From Octopus vulgaris (lineage: Eukaryota): a stretch of DNA of 64,000 nt. The notes below the pieces were generated by a model. It was not told the DNA's origin and searched no databases. It was given only the letters and a program-made list of their open reading frames with translations. Both the position numbers and the translations under genes were made by a program. Location: the NCBI GenBank assembly GCA_951406725.2, contig OX597818.1, positions 25,668,001-25,732,000 of the forward strand. The letters are read 5' to 3'. Below, in pieces: positions 1 to 12,565 of the stretch; position 1 is the first letter of the stretch; the number at the start of each line of letters is the position of its first letter.

Positions 1-68
1 GTAAAATTGCTTTTGAGGTCACTGCTTCCTAGCTCATTAAACTTTTCCTTAAGACTTTTAATCCTTCT
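1..68 (-). CDS. Candidate coding exon of a minus-strand host gene (RRIKSLKEKFNELGSSDLKSNF..., runs off the window start)
   Basis: Long polypyrimidine tract and ...tttaccAG acceptor at 70-69 (minus). Only the phase-0 frame is open, matching the phase-0 donor at 27916. Confidence 0.55.
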
Positions 69-747
69 CTGGTAAAAAAAAAAAAAAAAAAAAAAAGAAC
101 AAAAGCAAAAAACACTGAACATTACACTTAAGAAATAAGATATAAAAGTTTAACTTATCCCGCAATTCACTCCAAGTCAAACTGAGACCAGAAGTATGTT
201 ACAAAATAAATAGACAAGCTGTGTCATTTTACAGAAGGGGAAACATCTGAGCGATGACAGAATTCAAACCCACTGCAAGGCATTCTATTGTAATTATACA
301 TAGAATATTGTATTTTACATTTCCCTAGTTCCTGTAGTTGCTGCAAATAGATTAGATTTTCTAAGAAAGGTCACTCACTGGTAAATACCTCAGATCATAA
401 AAGGTCAAGCAATTGAAAACTGTTTACTGCACATATCTGTAGAATAAATGAATTTTCATCTATTTTTTTTTTATTTCTATCTCATACTATATATATTCTT
501 ATATTCTTTGTCACTCACTAGTTGCATGAATTTCTTCCACTATATGTGTCAATTTCTGGTGGGAAGTTAGCTCATGTGCAACATGGCCTGGAACTACTTT
601 GCTCAGTTTTGCTTATCTAAAATAAACTGTTATGTACTAAATATGATCTTGATCTAACATTCTCAGCCTCTCCTTCTTTGTCCCTCAGCAAACCTATGTC
701 AATTCTATCTTCTTTGGCCTCAATATATGGAATACTCTTTCTTTAGC

Positions 748-1299
748 TATGTGGGTTGGCTGAAAAGTTCTTATGTTAACTAAGATACTCTCACAAAATG
801 CAACAAAATGAGATTTATTTTTCAACATAGTCCCCCTTGCATTGGCTATTTTAATTATAATTAATCACCTGTCATCCATCACTATGTGGTGAACATGATC
901 AATGCTTTCCTTGGTGGTGGCAGTTGCAGGACATCAAAATCTTGGGTCATCTTCAAGACTCCTCCTTCCCTTCATAAATTCAGTTGCTCACTTCTGCACG
1001 GTTGAAAAAGCTGGAGCATCATACCCTAATTTAGCAACCATGTCAGAATGAATATCCTTGGGGGCTAAATCCATTTTCCCCCAAGTACTTGATAACACTA
1101 TGATGTCCAATTTTGCCCATTTTCAAGAGCTGTCGCAACTAGTTACTTTTGAATTATTCTTTGAACAGTCAGATGTCAGTTTACTTGGAAAGAAACAATG
1201 CAATCATTAAGTAGAGTTGAAATTAATGCATGCAAGATTTCACATCTCTAGCATAATTTCTTCATAGACAGCCTATGAACTTTTCAACCCACCCTTGTA
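748..1299 (-). mobile_element. Internally deleted mariner element
   Basis: TA-bounded imperfect TIRs (tatgtgggttggctgaaaagttc / gaacttttcaacccacccttgta). Minus strand encodes a degenerate transposase N-terminus (APKDIHSDMVAKLGYDAPAFSTVQK*...GRRSLEDDPR). Confidence 0.85.
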
Positions 1300-3334
1300 T
1301 TTGGAAGTCTCAATATCAACTTTTTGAATAAATTAAAATCATTTCTATATATTGATGCCAAACACTATTTTTTTTACCTAATTTAATGACTTTTATTTTT
1401 AACATTGGTAGAATAACATAAATTTATTATCTACAGGTATCGTTGATTAAAATGACGCTTGTACATATATCATGGTCAATGAATCAGATATAATGAATCA
1501 GATGGTTCAATTGTATAATTGCCTTATACACCAATCATAAATTAATGTTATAGAATAAAAGGTAAACTATCAGTGAGCATAAGATTGTGAATCATTTTTT
1601 ATTTATGGGTGAAACAATATTTGCTTCACTTACCTAATTCTAAAGAAAGGCACAAACATCAAAAATACTATTTCAAATTTTCTAAAAATTTTAGGATTTA
1701 TACTAATCATGGAGATCAACAAGGAAACTACCCAAGGTACCCTTCTGGTGACCACATCATATAAAGATATGTCTTGAAGTACTGCTACTGTTAAAAAGAA
1801 TGCCTTTCAAATGAAACCTCTTCTATAGAATATGGTAAAAATGTCAAATTAAATTCCTAACAAAAATATTTCAGCGAAACATTTTTATTGATTGTATAAA
1901 GAATTGATCAAAAATGACAACTGATCAAATAATCTGGTTATGGGATTGACCATTGGAAGTCCTACATGGAAACTTCTAGGGGCTCACTCAGTTTCCTCAA
2001 GTGCTGGATATAGTACGCAAACAAACAAATAAAAAATAAAAAAAAGAAAGAAGAAGAATAGAATAGATAGTCATGATAAGAATGCTGGTGGGATGATGAA
2101 ATATTGCATCCAGTCTCATTCAGTTCTTTACCTGTATTGTAAGTTTGCTCAATCAAGGCTAATCAGGAGCTACCCACTAACAGCAAATCAAACATGATAT
2201 AATTTTAATCCTGATTCACAATATAAATTTTTACATTGACATGTAAATTATTTGACAGATGCAACCAATTTAATCAACTTCAAATATCATACAATTATTT
2301 CATCAATGCCAAAGGGATATAAGATAAGTCAATTCAACAGGGTCTGAACTGAAAACAAGAAAATACCAAGAGACATTAATTTTGTACCAGTAGTTTGATG
2401 AAATGCTGTAAAGTGGTTGGTATAGGAAGGGCATCTAGTTGTAAAGAACAATGCTAAAATATAGAAGAGATGCATTAATAATAGTGTTGTAAAGTACCCT
2501 TTAGTCATGATAAAATATATTCAGTCTATACTGTAAGTTAGCTGGTGATAAGAATACTATCGAGCTGTAAAAAGCTGCCAGAATCAAGGAAAGAAGGAAT
2601 GGAGGCAATGTGATTTAGAGTAAACGCTCTAGTCTTGTCAAACACAACCTTGTTTGTGTAACAAAGATGTTTGTTTTATTCTGTTGCTGTGTGTGCCAGA
2701 TGATGACATACATAAGGAAACAGGAGATGTGAGACCTAGCCAACCTATGCCACATGCCAGCATGGAAAAATTAGTGTAAAATGATGACGGTGAGGATGAG
2801 GTTGAGAATGATATGATGATGATGTATATAAATTTCTCTCATCTAAGATCAAGGTCTAATTTTGTAGAACAAGATCAAAGTCAATTGAATTATCTCCAAT
2901 GTATAACTTGTACTTTAAGCAAGCTCAGAAGGATGAATAAGTAAATTGAACCTGGCTAGATTAGAACATAGAGCCAAAATACTGCACAGTATTTATTTTA
3001 GTATTCTGCCATTTCTATCCACTTTCCACTCTAATCTTGTTTCAGCCAATGTTTTCTATATCCCTTGATAAAAGATATACAACAATATATTGTACTGCAC
3101 AAAATAATAACTCTGTCAAACCTGTTATTTCCCCTCCAAACATATCAAAATCTGTTATAGGAGTTAATTATATCTCAAACTGAAATAGTTAGAGTTCTAT
3201 TCCTCGATTTATGAACCTATGAAGGCAGTTCTGTGTAGTCATTCAAACCCCTAGAAATAGAAGTTAGGGGCCCTCAAATCCCTTGCTACTATATTAACAA
3301 ATGAAGGACATATTAGGGAATGAAATCCTGAATA

Positions 3335-4566
3335 TATTAAGGTGTTTGAGAAGTAATTGTGTTTTACCAGAACAGATATAAAAACCAATGTAAACTATGT
3401 TTATCTGAATAGTTTTAATCAAGAGTGTAATCACTATTGTTTTCAATGACTGTAGCTAAATAGAAAAGTAACTTTTTATGCAACATTCAAAGTAACCTAT
3501 TTCTTCTGAAAAAAGTCTGAAAGACTGTTTTCAACTTCCTCTCTCTTTCTGAATATTTTGCCTCTTATAAAATGCTCTAGTAATTGAAGCAGATGGAAAT
3601 CCATGGTTGCTATGTCAGATGAAGATGAAGGATGTGGAAGAACTTCCCATCCTAACGGTCTTATTTTCTCTTGGGTTTGTTTTGAAGAGTGTGGCCATAC
3701 ATTGTGATGCTGAAGAATAACACCTTTCCTGCTTACCAAAGTTTGCCACTTTTATATGATCAAGCTGTTGGCAATAGGCATCTGCATTGATGGTCTTTCC
3801 ATGTTCCAGTAGCTTGTAATGGACAATACCTTTCATGTTCCACTAAACACTGAGCAAGGATTTTTGTGGATGGAGTTCTGGTTTTGGTGTTGGTACAGGC
3901 CTCTCATTACATGATAACCATGTTTTTTCAGTTTCTGTTGTGATGCAAAAAAAAAACCCATTTTTCATCATCTGTAACAATGTACTGCAGAAATGACAGG
4001 TTGTTATTCCTGGTAAGATGACTGCTGTAGATGATGGAACATTGTGTTCTGCTCTCAAGTGTAAGTTCACGTGGAACCCAAGTTCCCTCTTTCCATGTTT
4101 TCCCCATTTGCTTGAGATGTTTGTGGATAGTTGAACATGACACCTTGAGTTTTTGTATCAAATCTCTGGTGCTTTGACGTGGATCTTTTGTAACAGTCAC
4201 ATTCAAAAAATTATCATTCAGAGTGGGTCATCTTCCAGAGCAGATATATAACAATTGCCATCTTTAGACCTTTTAAACCACAGCTGACATGTATGAGCTT
4301 TCACTGTATCGAGATACCTTTCACAAATGTTTTTCATTGATTCTGTAGTGGTACTTTTCTTTTGAAACTCATACAGTAAGGAATTAAGTACAGAATTAAT
4401 ACAGGGGTAATTACTGAAATAACTATGAATGACACATTATTGGATAGACGAGATGATATATGATTTCTAGACAGTTCCTGCCCATTCGACCTTAGCTCTG
4501 ACATGTTTGGTTGATTCATATTTCATAGTGGTGAAAAACCGCAATTACTTTCCGAACACCTTAATA
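3335..4566 (-). mobile_element. Near full-length mariner transposon (Hsmar1-like TIR), frameshifted transposase
   Basis: TIRs tattaaggtgtttgagaagtaattgtgtttt / aaaaccgcaattactttccgaacaccttaata. ORF fragments carry WVPRELT, IVTDDEKW, HHNVWPH and HPSSSSDIATMDFHL (degenerate D,D34D motifs). Confidence 0.93.
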
Positions 4567-5107
4567 TAAAAAGATAGGATGGTCATGCCTGGAATGCCTT
4601 TGACTGTAGAACTACTAAATTAATGCTGACTTAGGGCTTATTTTACAACAGCAACTTCTCAATCAGTTATACTGTAGTGACTAATATTTGCTTCTCTTAC
4701 TAGTCACATGACTGGCCTGCTTTTTAGTCAGCTAATTTTGCTGCAACATCAGCTAGAGATTCCATCACATGATGGCAAGATCTTCTCCTGCTGAATACAC
4801 TGTACCATGTACTATATATGCTGGTGCATAAGATGCACTTTTTTTATTTTTAAATGTAACAAACAAATAATTACCAAGTGTTTAATGCAACCACATTATA
4901 GAAGGGATACTGAGTATATGGGTGTATGATTAAATACATTAGATTTTCCACAAAATGTGTTTGTCTTATGCAAGAGTATATCCTATACATGAATAAACAT
5001 GGTAGTTAAAAAATTTTCAGGTGCTGACAGGATATAGACGAGGATTGTTATTGTGAATGAACTTTCTTCATTGCTGAATGGGCTAGTGCAACTCAAAAGT
5101 TATATCG

Positions 5108-5320
5108 GTTTCAAATTCTGGCACAAAATCAGCAAGTTCAGGGAAGGAGTTAAGTTGATTGCATCACCCTCAGTGCTCAGCTGGTACTTATTTTATTGAC
5201 AACCAAAAGGATGAAAGGCAAAGTTGACCTTGATGGGATTTGAACTCAGAGCATAAAGTTGGGCAAAATGCCACTAAGCATTTTGCTCAGTGTGCTAATT
5301 ATTCTACCAGCTCGCCACCT
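5108..5320 (-). mobile_element. tRNA-derived SINE with Nin/Deu-like domain (older copy)
   Basis: Reverse complement of the family at 40823: B-box gagttcaaatc and gcctttcatcctttt...aataagtaccag core. Confidence 0.8.
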
Positions 5321-5419
5321 TTTCTCAGGAATTGTATTAAATGACTAACACACAAATATTCTTTCATATCATTTAATATATATATATTATATATCATATA
5401 TATATCTATATATATAAAA

Positions 5420-6116
5420 ATTGTTGTTCCTAAATCTCTCAATGATATTCAGTAGCAGTACTTAAAGTAAAGATTATTTGCCAGCCTAATGTGGCAGTCC
5501 CAGTTGGGATGAATGCTATTGTTGTTTAGCCCCAAGAGACATTGTATCCAGCTGGCTATATGACACATAATCTGTGTCCTTATATTTTTGAACAGAGGAG
5601 TTTAGCACCTCCACCCAGCACAAAGCAGTATTTGTGGATATTAAGACACTGATTGTGTGTCATACAGCCAGCTGGAGACAATGTATCCTGGGGTTAAACA
5701 ACAGTAGCATCCATTCCAGCCAGGACTGTCACATTAGGCTGGAAAATAACCTTTACTTTAAAGTATTTCTACTGAATAGTTTTCATTGAGAGATTTAGGA
5801 ACAATAATGTTTCTATTTATTAGATCAATGACTGTGTGTCACTAAAAAAAATTATATATATTTTTGAATGAGGGCTTAGCAGTGCCATCTCTGCCAAACA
5901 GTTATTCTGTGCCAATGAAAGGAAATAACCCTGAAACCATGCGGTCCTCAGATACTGCTTTATACTGACTGGGGGTGCTAAACTTTCCTGTTTGAAAATA
6001 TAAGGACACAGATTGTGTGTTGTATTGCTAGCTGAAGATGATATCACCTGGGGCTAAACAAAAGCAGCATTCGTCCTAACCAAGACTGCCACATTAGGAT
6101 GGTAAATAATCTTTAC

Positions 6117-6119
<3 letters not shown>
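5420..6119 (+). repeat. Family A: ~360-nt monomer array (one inverted partial copy plus ~1.3 direct copies) between (TA)n tracts
   Basis: 5420-5638 is the reverse complement of parts of 5639-6119. The motif taag(g)acac.gattgtgtgt recurs at ~5642 and ~6001. The same family occurs at 59747-60330. Confidence 0.9.
5906..5952 (+). ncRNA. Type I hammerhead-ribozyme-like motif (degenerate core)
   Basis: tctgtg-CCAATGA-aagg aaataa ccct-GAAA-cc atgc gg-TC-ctcaga. Stems I, II and III and the GAAA and UC boxes are in place. The CUGANGA box has 2 mismatches. Confidence 0.65.
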
Positions 6120-6150
<31 letters not shown>

Positions 6151-6333
6151 AAACCAAGTAAAGGTTATTAAGGGATCATAAATCCAATGAAAATACTGGT
6201 TAGTTACCAGTCTATCGAAAGTTCAACTATAAGGTAACCATATAAACCGTGGTTCATTATATATTTAAAGAATAAGGAGAAAATGGAGAGGTAATTAATA
6301 AAATTACTTATTAATTATAAAATATGACAACAT

Positions 6334-6410
6334 CTCTGACAGCTGTTTCGATACAGAAATCTTTAGCTAATTAATTTAAAAATTAATTATAAGATGAATC
6401 TCTTCAGAGG
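6334..6410 (-). ncRNA. Type I hammerhead-like motif with long AT-rich stem II and palindromic stem III
   Basis: Minus strand: cct-CTGAAGA-gat..atctt..taattaattt tt aaattaatta..aagat..atc-GAAA-cagctg-TC-agag. Core boxes are intact and stem I is weak. Confidence 0.6.
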
Positions 6411-6514
6411 TAGTAAGGACATACCGATTAGAAATACATGTTGAGATAACAGCTATAAGACCATTAACTGATTGCAAATATACAAAAAGAGCTGGTTATG
6501 GAAGGGCTCACTCT

Positions 6515-6797
6515 AACATAGGGGGAGAAGGTAGTATATATTATGTCTTAAAGAAAGAGAAAAGAAGAGATTAATATACTATTATAGGGTATTGAGAAGG
6601 AGAAAAAGAAAAAAAGGAAGCAGAAAAATGCATGTATCTACAATTATATAATAATAATGCCACAATCCAACATAGGGGGAAACAGGTAGTGTATATTTTG
6701 TGTCTTAAATAAAGAAAAGAAGAGATTAATATAATATTAAAGGGTATTGAGAAAAAGAAAAAGAAAAAAGAAAAAAGAAGCAGAAAAACACATGTAT
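6515..6797. repeat. Tandem duplication of a ~150-nt purine-rich unit
   Basis: aacataggggga...gaagagattaatat...gggtattgagaa...gaagcagaaaaa..catgtat occurs twice. Confidence 0.85.
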
Positions 6798-6802
6798 ATG
6801 TA

Positions 6803-7102
6803 TGCTTAATTGCTGTGGCAAGTTTTATATAAAGATTTTTGCATGATTAACAGCTATATGTTACAGGGATGTGGAGATGCCTAATTTCCACTCAAGTCAC
6901 AATTCAAAATAAGATATATATATACATATATATCATCATCATTATTGAAAATGGACGTTAAATGATGATGATGATGATGATATATATATATCTTATTTTG
7001 AATTGTGACTTGAGTGGAAATTAGCCATCTCTACATCCCTGTAACATATAGCTGTTAATCATGCAAAAATCTTTATATAAAACTTGCCACAACAATTAAG
7101 CA
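6803..7102. repeat. Near-perfect inverted repeat (~120-135 bp arms)
   Basis: tgcttaattgctgtggcaag...aaaataagatatata is mirrored by tatatatcttatttt...cttgccacaacaattaagca. The centre holds a ggacgttaaa(tga)n LINE-tail stub. Confidence 0.95.
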
Positions 7103-7576
7103 AAGAATAGTTTTAGACCTATTTCGTCTATATGATGCAAACAAACTGTATTACCCACTTTTACATAACAATATAACAGATAAATTAATCAAAACAAACA
7201 TGCTGATCTACTTCATAAATAGAAAAAAAAAAAAAAAACAAGCAATAATCTTTTTAAAAATTTTGCATTTCATTAAACTGTTTGCCTTAATCTTGTTTTG
7301 AAATATAAAATGTATGCAAGAAAAAGAACAAAAAAAGGCCAGTACACTATCTAAAAAGGGAAATACTTTTCAGAAAATTCTGAGAATAATTATATTGCGT
7401 TTGCCAAATCCAAATAATTTTCTTTCAATTAAGGACTTTATCCATTGTTTTCATTTAAAACTGAAAGGAAAGTGTCTAAAATCCAAGATGAAACAGAAAT
7501 GATAGTAAAACACTAGCATCAAAAGTTTCTGGGAATCAATTATCTTGAACAGCTTGTGAATGAATGAATGAATGTG

Positions 7577-7630
<54 letters not shown>

Positions 7631-7904
7631 AGTGAGCACATGGGTTGTATTTAGATGCTAATATAGAATTAACTTTTCCAATATTCCTTTCAGCATTTAC
7701 AAAAATATCTGGAGAGGAAAAAAGAAAAAAAAATCTTAAATCAATATGAAAAAAAGAAAAAAAGTATACTGAGGCTGAATTGAAAATCTCATCAAAACAT
7801 GTGTTTGTGTATGGTGAGGTGTGTATATATAGGAAATCAGTTTCTGATATGGCTGGTCATGTTTCGAAACACAGACCTGTGTATGTATGTATATATATCT
7901 TCAG

Positions 7905-8235
<331 letters not shown>

Positions 8236-8759
8236 TATTTCTTATGCATGCATTCTATATGAAGTATGTGCTAGAGTGAACAGATATTTAAAAAAGTACA
8301 TAGATACTGTTATATATTTATACATTTTCAGAAATGAGAAAAAAATAAGCTCCTGTTCAGGCTTATCAAAGTAAGACTAAGAAGAAAACATGGGAATACA
8401 CAAATATATCTCTATGTAACTAGAGAATATTTGATACTTCAGATGAAATTCAGATGTAGTTGCATGTGAAAATATACTCACACATATGCACAGAATGTAC
8501 AGTGTTGTATATATTAATCACACTGTTGAATGATGGAACACTGCTTCAACATGCATCATGCTGTTCAAATTAATGTGCCAACACACAGATGCAAGCACAC
8601 ATATAACAGTTAAAAATACGTATTTTACTCTGCATTTTGGCATTGAGTTCTCTTTTGATTTACATTGCTTTATTCCTACTACTATACTCCTCACAGAATA
8701 GAATAATCTTTGCACTTTAAACACACATATACACACACACACATCCATCTAGTAGACCT

Positions 8760-10412
8760 TTCCACAAAAAAATTTTAGGCATGACCACATGCAAATTACT
8801 TTAATAATAAATGTTTAATGTATTTCATTGAAGACTTAAAAGAATGCACTGTGAGATGTTATTTTTCAACAAAGAAGACAATGAAAAAATACACTAAAAT
8901 ATTCCAAATTCATTTTCAAGATTAGAAAATACTTAGTAACAAACTACTCAAACATTCTGAGGACTTCTTCAAAATAGCAAAAAATATGAACTCCAGGCAA
9001 AAATTAGCAAAAAACATAATGAACACACAGAAACCAAGCAAAATATTTGTGAAGGCAGACAAAACATAGAATTCATGTGACTTGAACTATTGACAAATAG
9101 CATCACCATCAACAACAAATAAAGCACCAATAATATTTTAAATTCAATAAACAATGCTGTCAAAGATATAGCCTTGAACCTTTTAAAAAGGTAGAAATTC
9201 TTGCACTGAAAAAGCCTCAAGAACCATAAATTCAACTTGATGATTAACTTCACAACCAGACTCATCAACTCAATGAAAACAAAGCTAGGATGAATTGGTA
9301 AAATCAGATAAAATTTAATATGCTTTTACTGACTCTCACTAGTTATATATTATCTAAAAAGTCCCAGATTAACACTTTGATACAGAAGTGCATTCCTTAT
9401 AAGTTGATGAATAACAATCCAGATAAGCAATGGAATTATATGTATTTACCCAAGTTGATCCACTCATCATTATTATAAACAGCCTCAGAATAAGTAAAAC
9501 TCCAAACTACCATCATTGGTAATGCCATACGAATAATAATAATACATACCAAAAAAAATCAATCATCCTTAACAATTGCAAATGGATGAAAAAGTACAAC
9601 AAACTTCCTTAGAAATTTCAAAGTTGATTGGACGATATATATATTCTAGATTTAATTCATAATAAGTATAACATTATTAACAACAAAATTTATAGAGGTG
9701 CTGGTCTTTTAAATATAAAAAATGTAAATGGATAGAAGACAAATGACTTCAGAAAAGATCTCATGAAACATTTCAATACTTGAATGTCAAGATTACAGTA
9801 ATGTAATAACGTCATGATAGTCAATTTCACAGATGTTACGTTCAACCTCATTCCAATCATACATTAAGCCAAACAACTGATTCTTATGTATATATGCATT
9901 ACAATTGAGATCATTTACGATATATTCTTAGAAATCTACCCACTAACTTCAGGAAACAAATCTCAACAATCTCCGCTGATAGTTTCACTCAACAGAATAG
10001 TAAATAGAGACAATAATTCACTGCCAAGTGGTTTCAAAGGAACCATTAAATATCATGGTCACATCTTGGAAAGAAGCACAACAGAAAGGCTATGTGGTAC
10101 AATCCACCATATTCTATAAATATAAACAGACTGACAGGTAAAATATTTCTCCAGTTAGTAAGAACTCATTTCCCCAGCTACAGGTATAAGTCCAGGAGAA
10201 AATCTTTAACCCAAATACACTTAAAATATTTATTGCCTACAAACTCTACTAACATCTTAACATCCAATAATAGTAATAAAATAAGGATTAATAATTTGAT
10301 CCATCAAAACACAAATATGTTCATCAGAACACAGGACTTGCCAAGTCTTGTTGATCTGTCCAATTGATGTCAGCATGGAAGGAGGACAGTAAGTTATGAC
10401 TACGATGATGAA

Positions 10413-10453
<41 letters not shown>

Positions 10454-10880
10454 CAAACCAAAAGAGTATGGAAGTGCAATTACCACATCAGACAGGTATC
10501 TAGTTAATGGAAACTGTCTGAAAAAATCCAGCCACTGTTACATTAATCCAAATGGTATTAATTATGGAGAAATAACTACAAACCAGTTTAAGAATAGATC
10601 TCATCAACATAATTATACATTTAAATATTGGTAAAGGAGATTGGACACAAAACTAGCACCCCATACCTGGCTTTTGGTAAAAACAGTATACTCTATATCA
10701 TTGAATGATGACTATTATATGAAGAACCTATATATATCCAATCGAATGCTTCTTTTAGCCCCTACTTTATGAAAAAATCTATTGCTCTAGAAGTATCAAA
10801 CTAAAATATTGAAAAGGTACACAGAATTAATCTCTTCATACTGTTAAATAAACACCCACTTCAAAAATTGAAGAATATCT
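8760..10880 (+). mobile_element. Degenerate Penelope-like retroelement (RT plus GIY-YIG), interrupted by a (GAT)n LINE tail at ~10335-10455
   Basis: WYNPPYSININRLTGKIFLQLVRTHFP at 10092+, NFTDVTFNL at ~9820, a degenerate YRDDGL at ~9690, VNGNCL, and YYGEITTNQFKNR..H (GIY-YIG region) at ~10560. Confidence 0.85.
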
Positions 10881-12063
10881 CAGTAGAGGTAGTATGAAAT
10901 CTCAATAAAATAAGTATTTTCTTTTTTATTTATATTTTATTTTATTTTCCAACAACATTTCATACCTGATTAATGATAAAGATATAATGATCTCACTTGA
11001 TTAATAAGTTCTCATATTAGCTGCCAACACAATAGCAATGTCTGCTAGAATGGCATGTTGATAATTGCTTTGACACATACAGGCACATACAGATTTACAT
11101 CTGCATATATGTGTGTATGTATAAACAACCCCACTCACACACTTATATACATATACAAATATTTACATAAAAGTAGTAAAGTTCCTTCCCGAGTCATATA
11201 GACTCATAAGGCCCATTTCCTGGTTCCCATGGCACATATATTCCCCACCTGGACAGGACACTGGTCTGTTGCAGGATTACTCACTTTTGTCATCTGAGTG
11301 GACTGGAGCAATGTGAAATGAATTGGCTTCTAGCAGTATAAGCCTGAACTGCAACAGGTTTGTCCCACAGAGTACATTTCTGGTTACTCCTGGGTATCAC
11401 TTCATATATATCTCTTCATCATCATCATTTTGATATCTACTTTTCCATGCTTGCATGGATTTGAAGGAATCTTATTGAGATGGAATTTTTATGGCCAGAT
11501 GCTCTTCCTGTGATCAGCTCTCACCAATTTCCAAGTAAGATATATTTCCACATTACCAGACATCTTTCCATAGAATATTAGAAACAAAGGACACTGTTTG
11601 TATAATGGTGACACTAGCTTAAACCTATTATGAAATGTTAAGGCAAAGGGATTGTAACACATGTGCACACACACACACACACACACACAAATAAAAAAAT
11701 ATACATTAAGTACAGGACATCATCAATGAATGATAAGCACAGGACAAAATACCAAAAAAATACACAATAAGAACAGGACATCAACAATGAGTGAAAAATA
11801 CGTAAACGCATAATAAGAGACAAGTATGGAGCAATACCAAAGAAGTGTAACTCCTCCCCAGTTGTTGACTGTTTTTATTATTCCCTATTATGTTGATGAG
11901 ATCTATTCTTAAACTGGTTTGTAGTTATATCAACATAATTTCAACAACAATACATACATACATACATATATACACACACACACATGTATGTTTGTATGTG
12001 TTGTCATTGAAAGCTCAAAATAGGGAGTAATCAACAGTCGACAAAAGGGAGAAAGTTGAAAAA

Positions 12064-12350
12064 TGACCTTTCTCCTCCATACTGAATGAATGCCTAAACA
12101 TTACGAAGCTAAAGAGAAAAACTCCGTAAATACATGTGATTGAAAGTGGGCTAGTAAGAAGATATTTAAAAAAGACTCCACATTAATTACAAATTAGCTA
12201 AATCTTAAAATTAGCTAATTCACAATTAATGTGGAGTCTTTTTTTAAATATCTTCTTACTAGCCCGCTTTCAATTGCATTTATTTATGGAGTTTTTCTCA
12301 GTAGCTTTGTAATGTTTAGACATTCATTCAGTATGGAGGAAAAAGAGTCA
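12064..12350. repeat. Long inverted repeat (~125 bp arms, ~35 nt spacer)
   Basis: tcctccatactgaatgaatg...gactccacattaatt is mirrored by aattaatgtggagtc...cattcattcagtatggagga. Confidence 0.95.
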
Positions 12351-12369
12351 CGTTTCGACTTACTCCCTT

Positions 12370-12523
12370 GTGGCCGTGTAGCAAGTAGCTTGTTTACCAA
12401 CCACATGGTTCCAGGTTCAGCCCCACTGCATGACACCTAGGGCAAGTGACTTCTACTATAGCCTCGGGCTGACCAAAGCCTTGTGAGTAGATTTGGTAGA
12501 CAGAAACTGAAAGAAGCCCATTG

Positions 12524-12565
<42 letters not shown>

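Noticed and set aside
380-437. Possible minus-strand exon ICAVNSFQLLDLL* with a gtgagt donor
   Set aside because: Weak polypyrimidine tract and stops in all frames. The acceptor at 70-69 is much stronger.
7640-7708. Strong minus-strand acceptor (ttttcctctccAG)
   Set aside because: No good donor follows, and the open phase is incompatible with the supported exons.
8332-8370. 39-nt plus-strand exon-like segment (ttttcAG...AAA|gtaaga)
   Set aside because: No other plus-strand exons are supported, and such signals are expected by chance.
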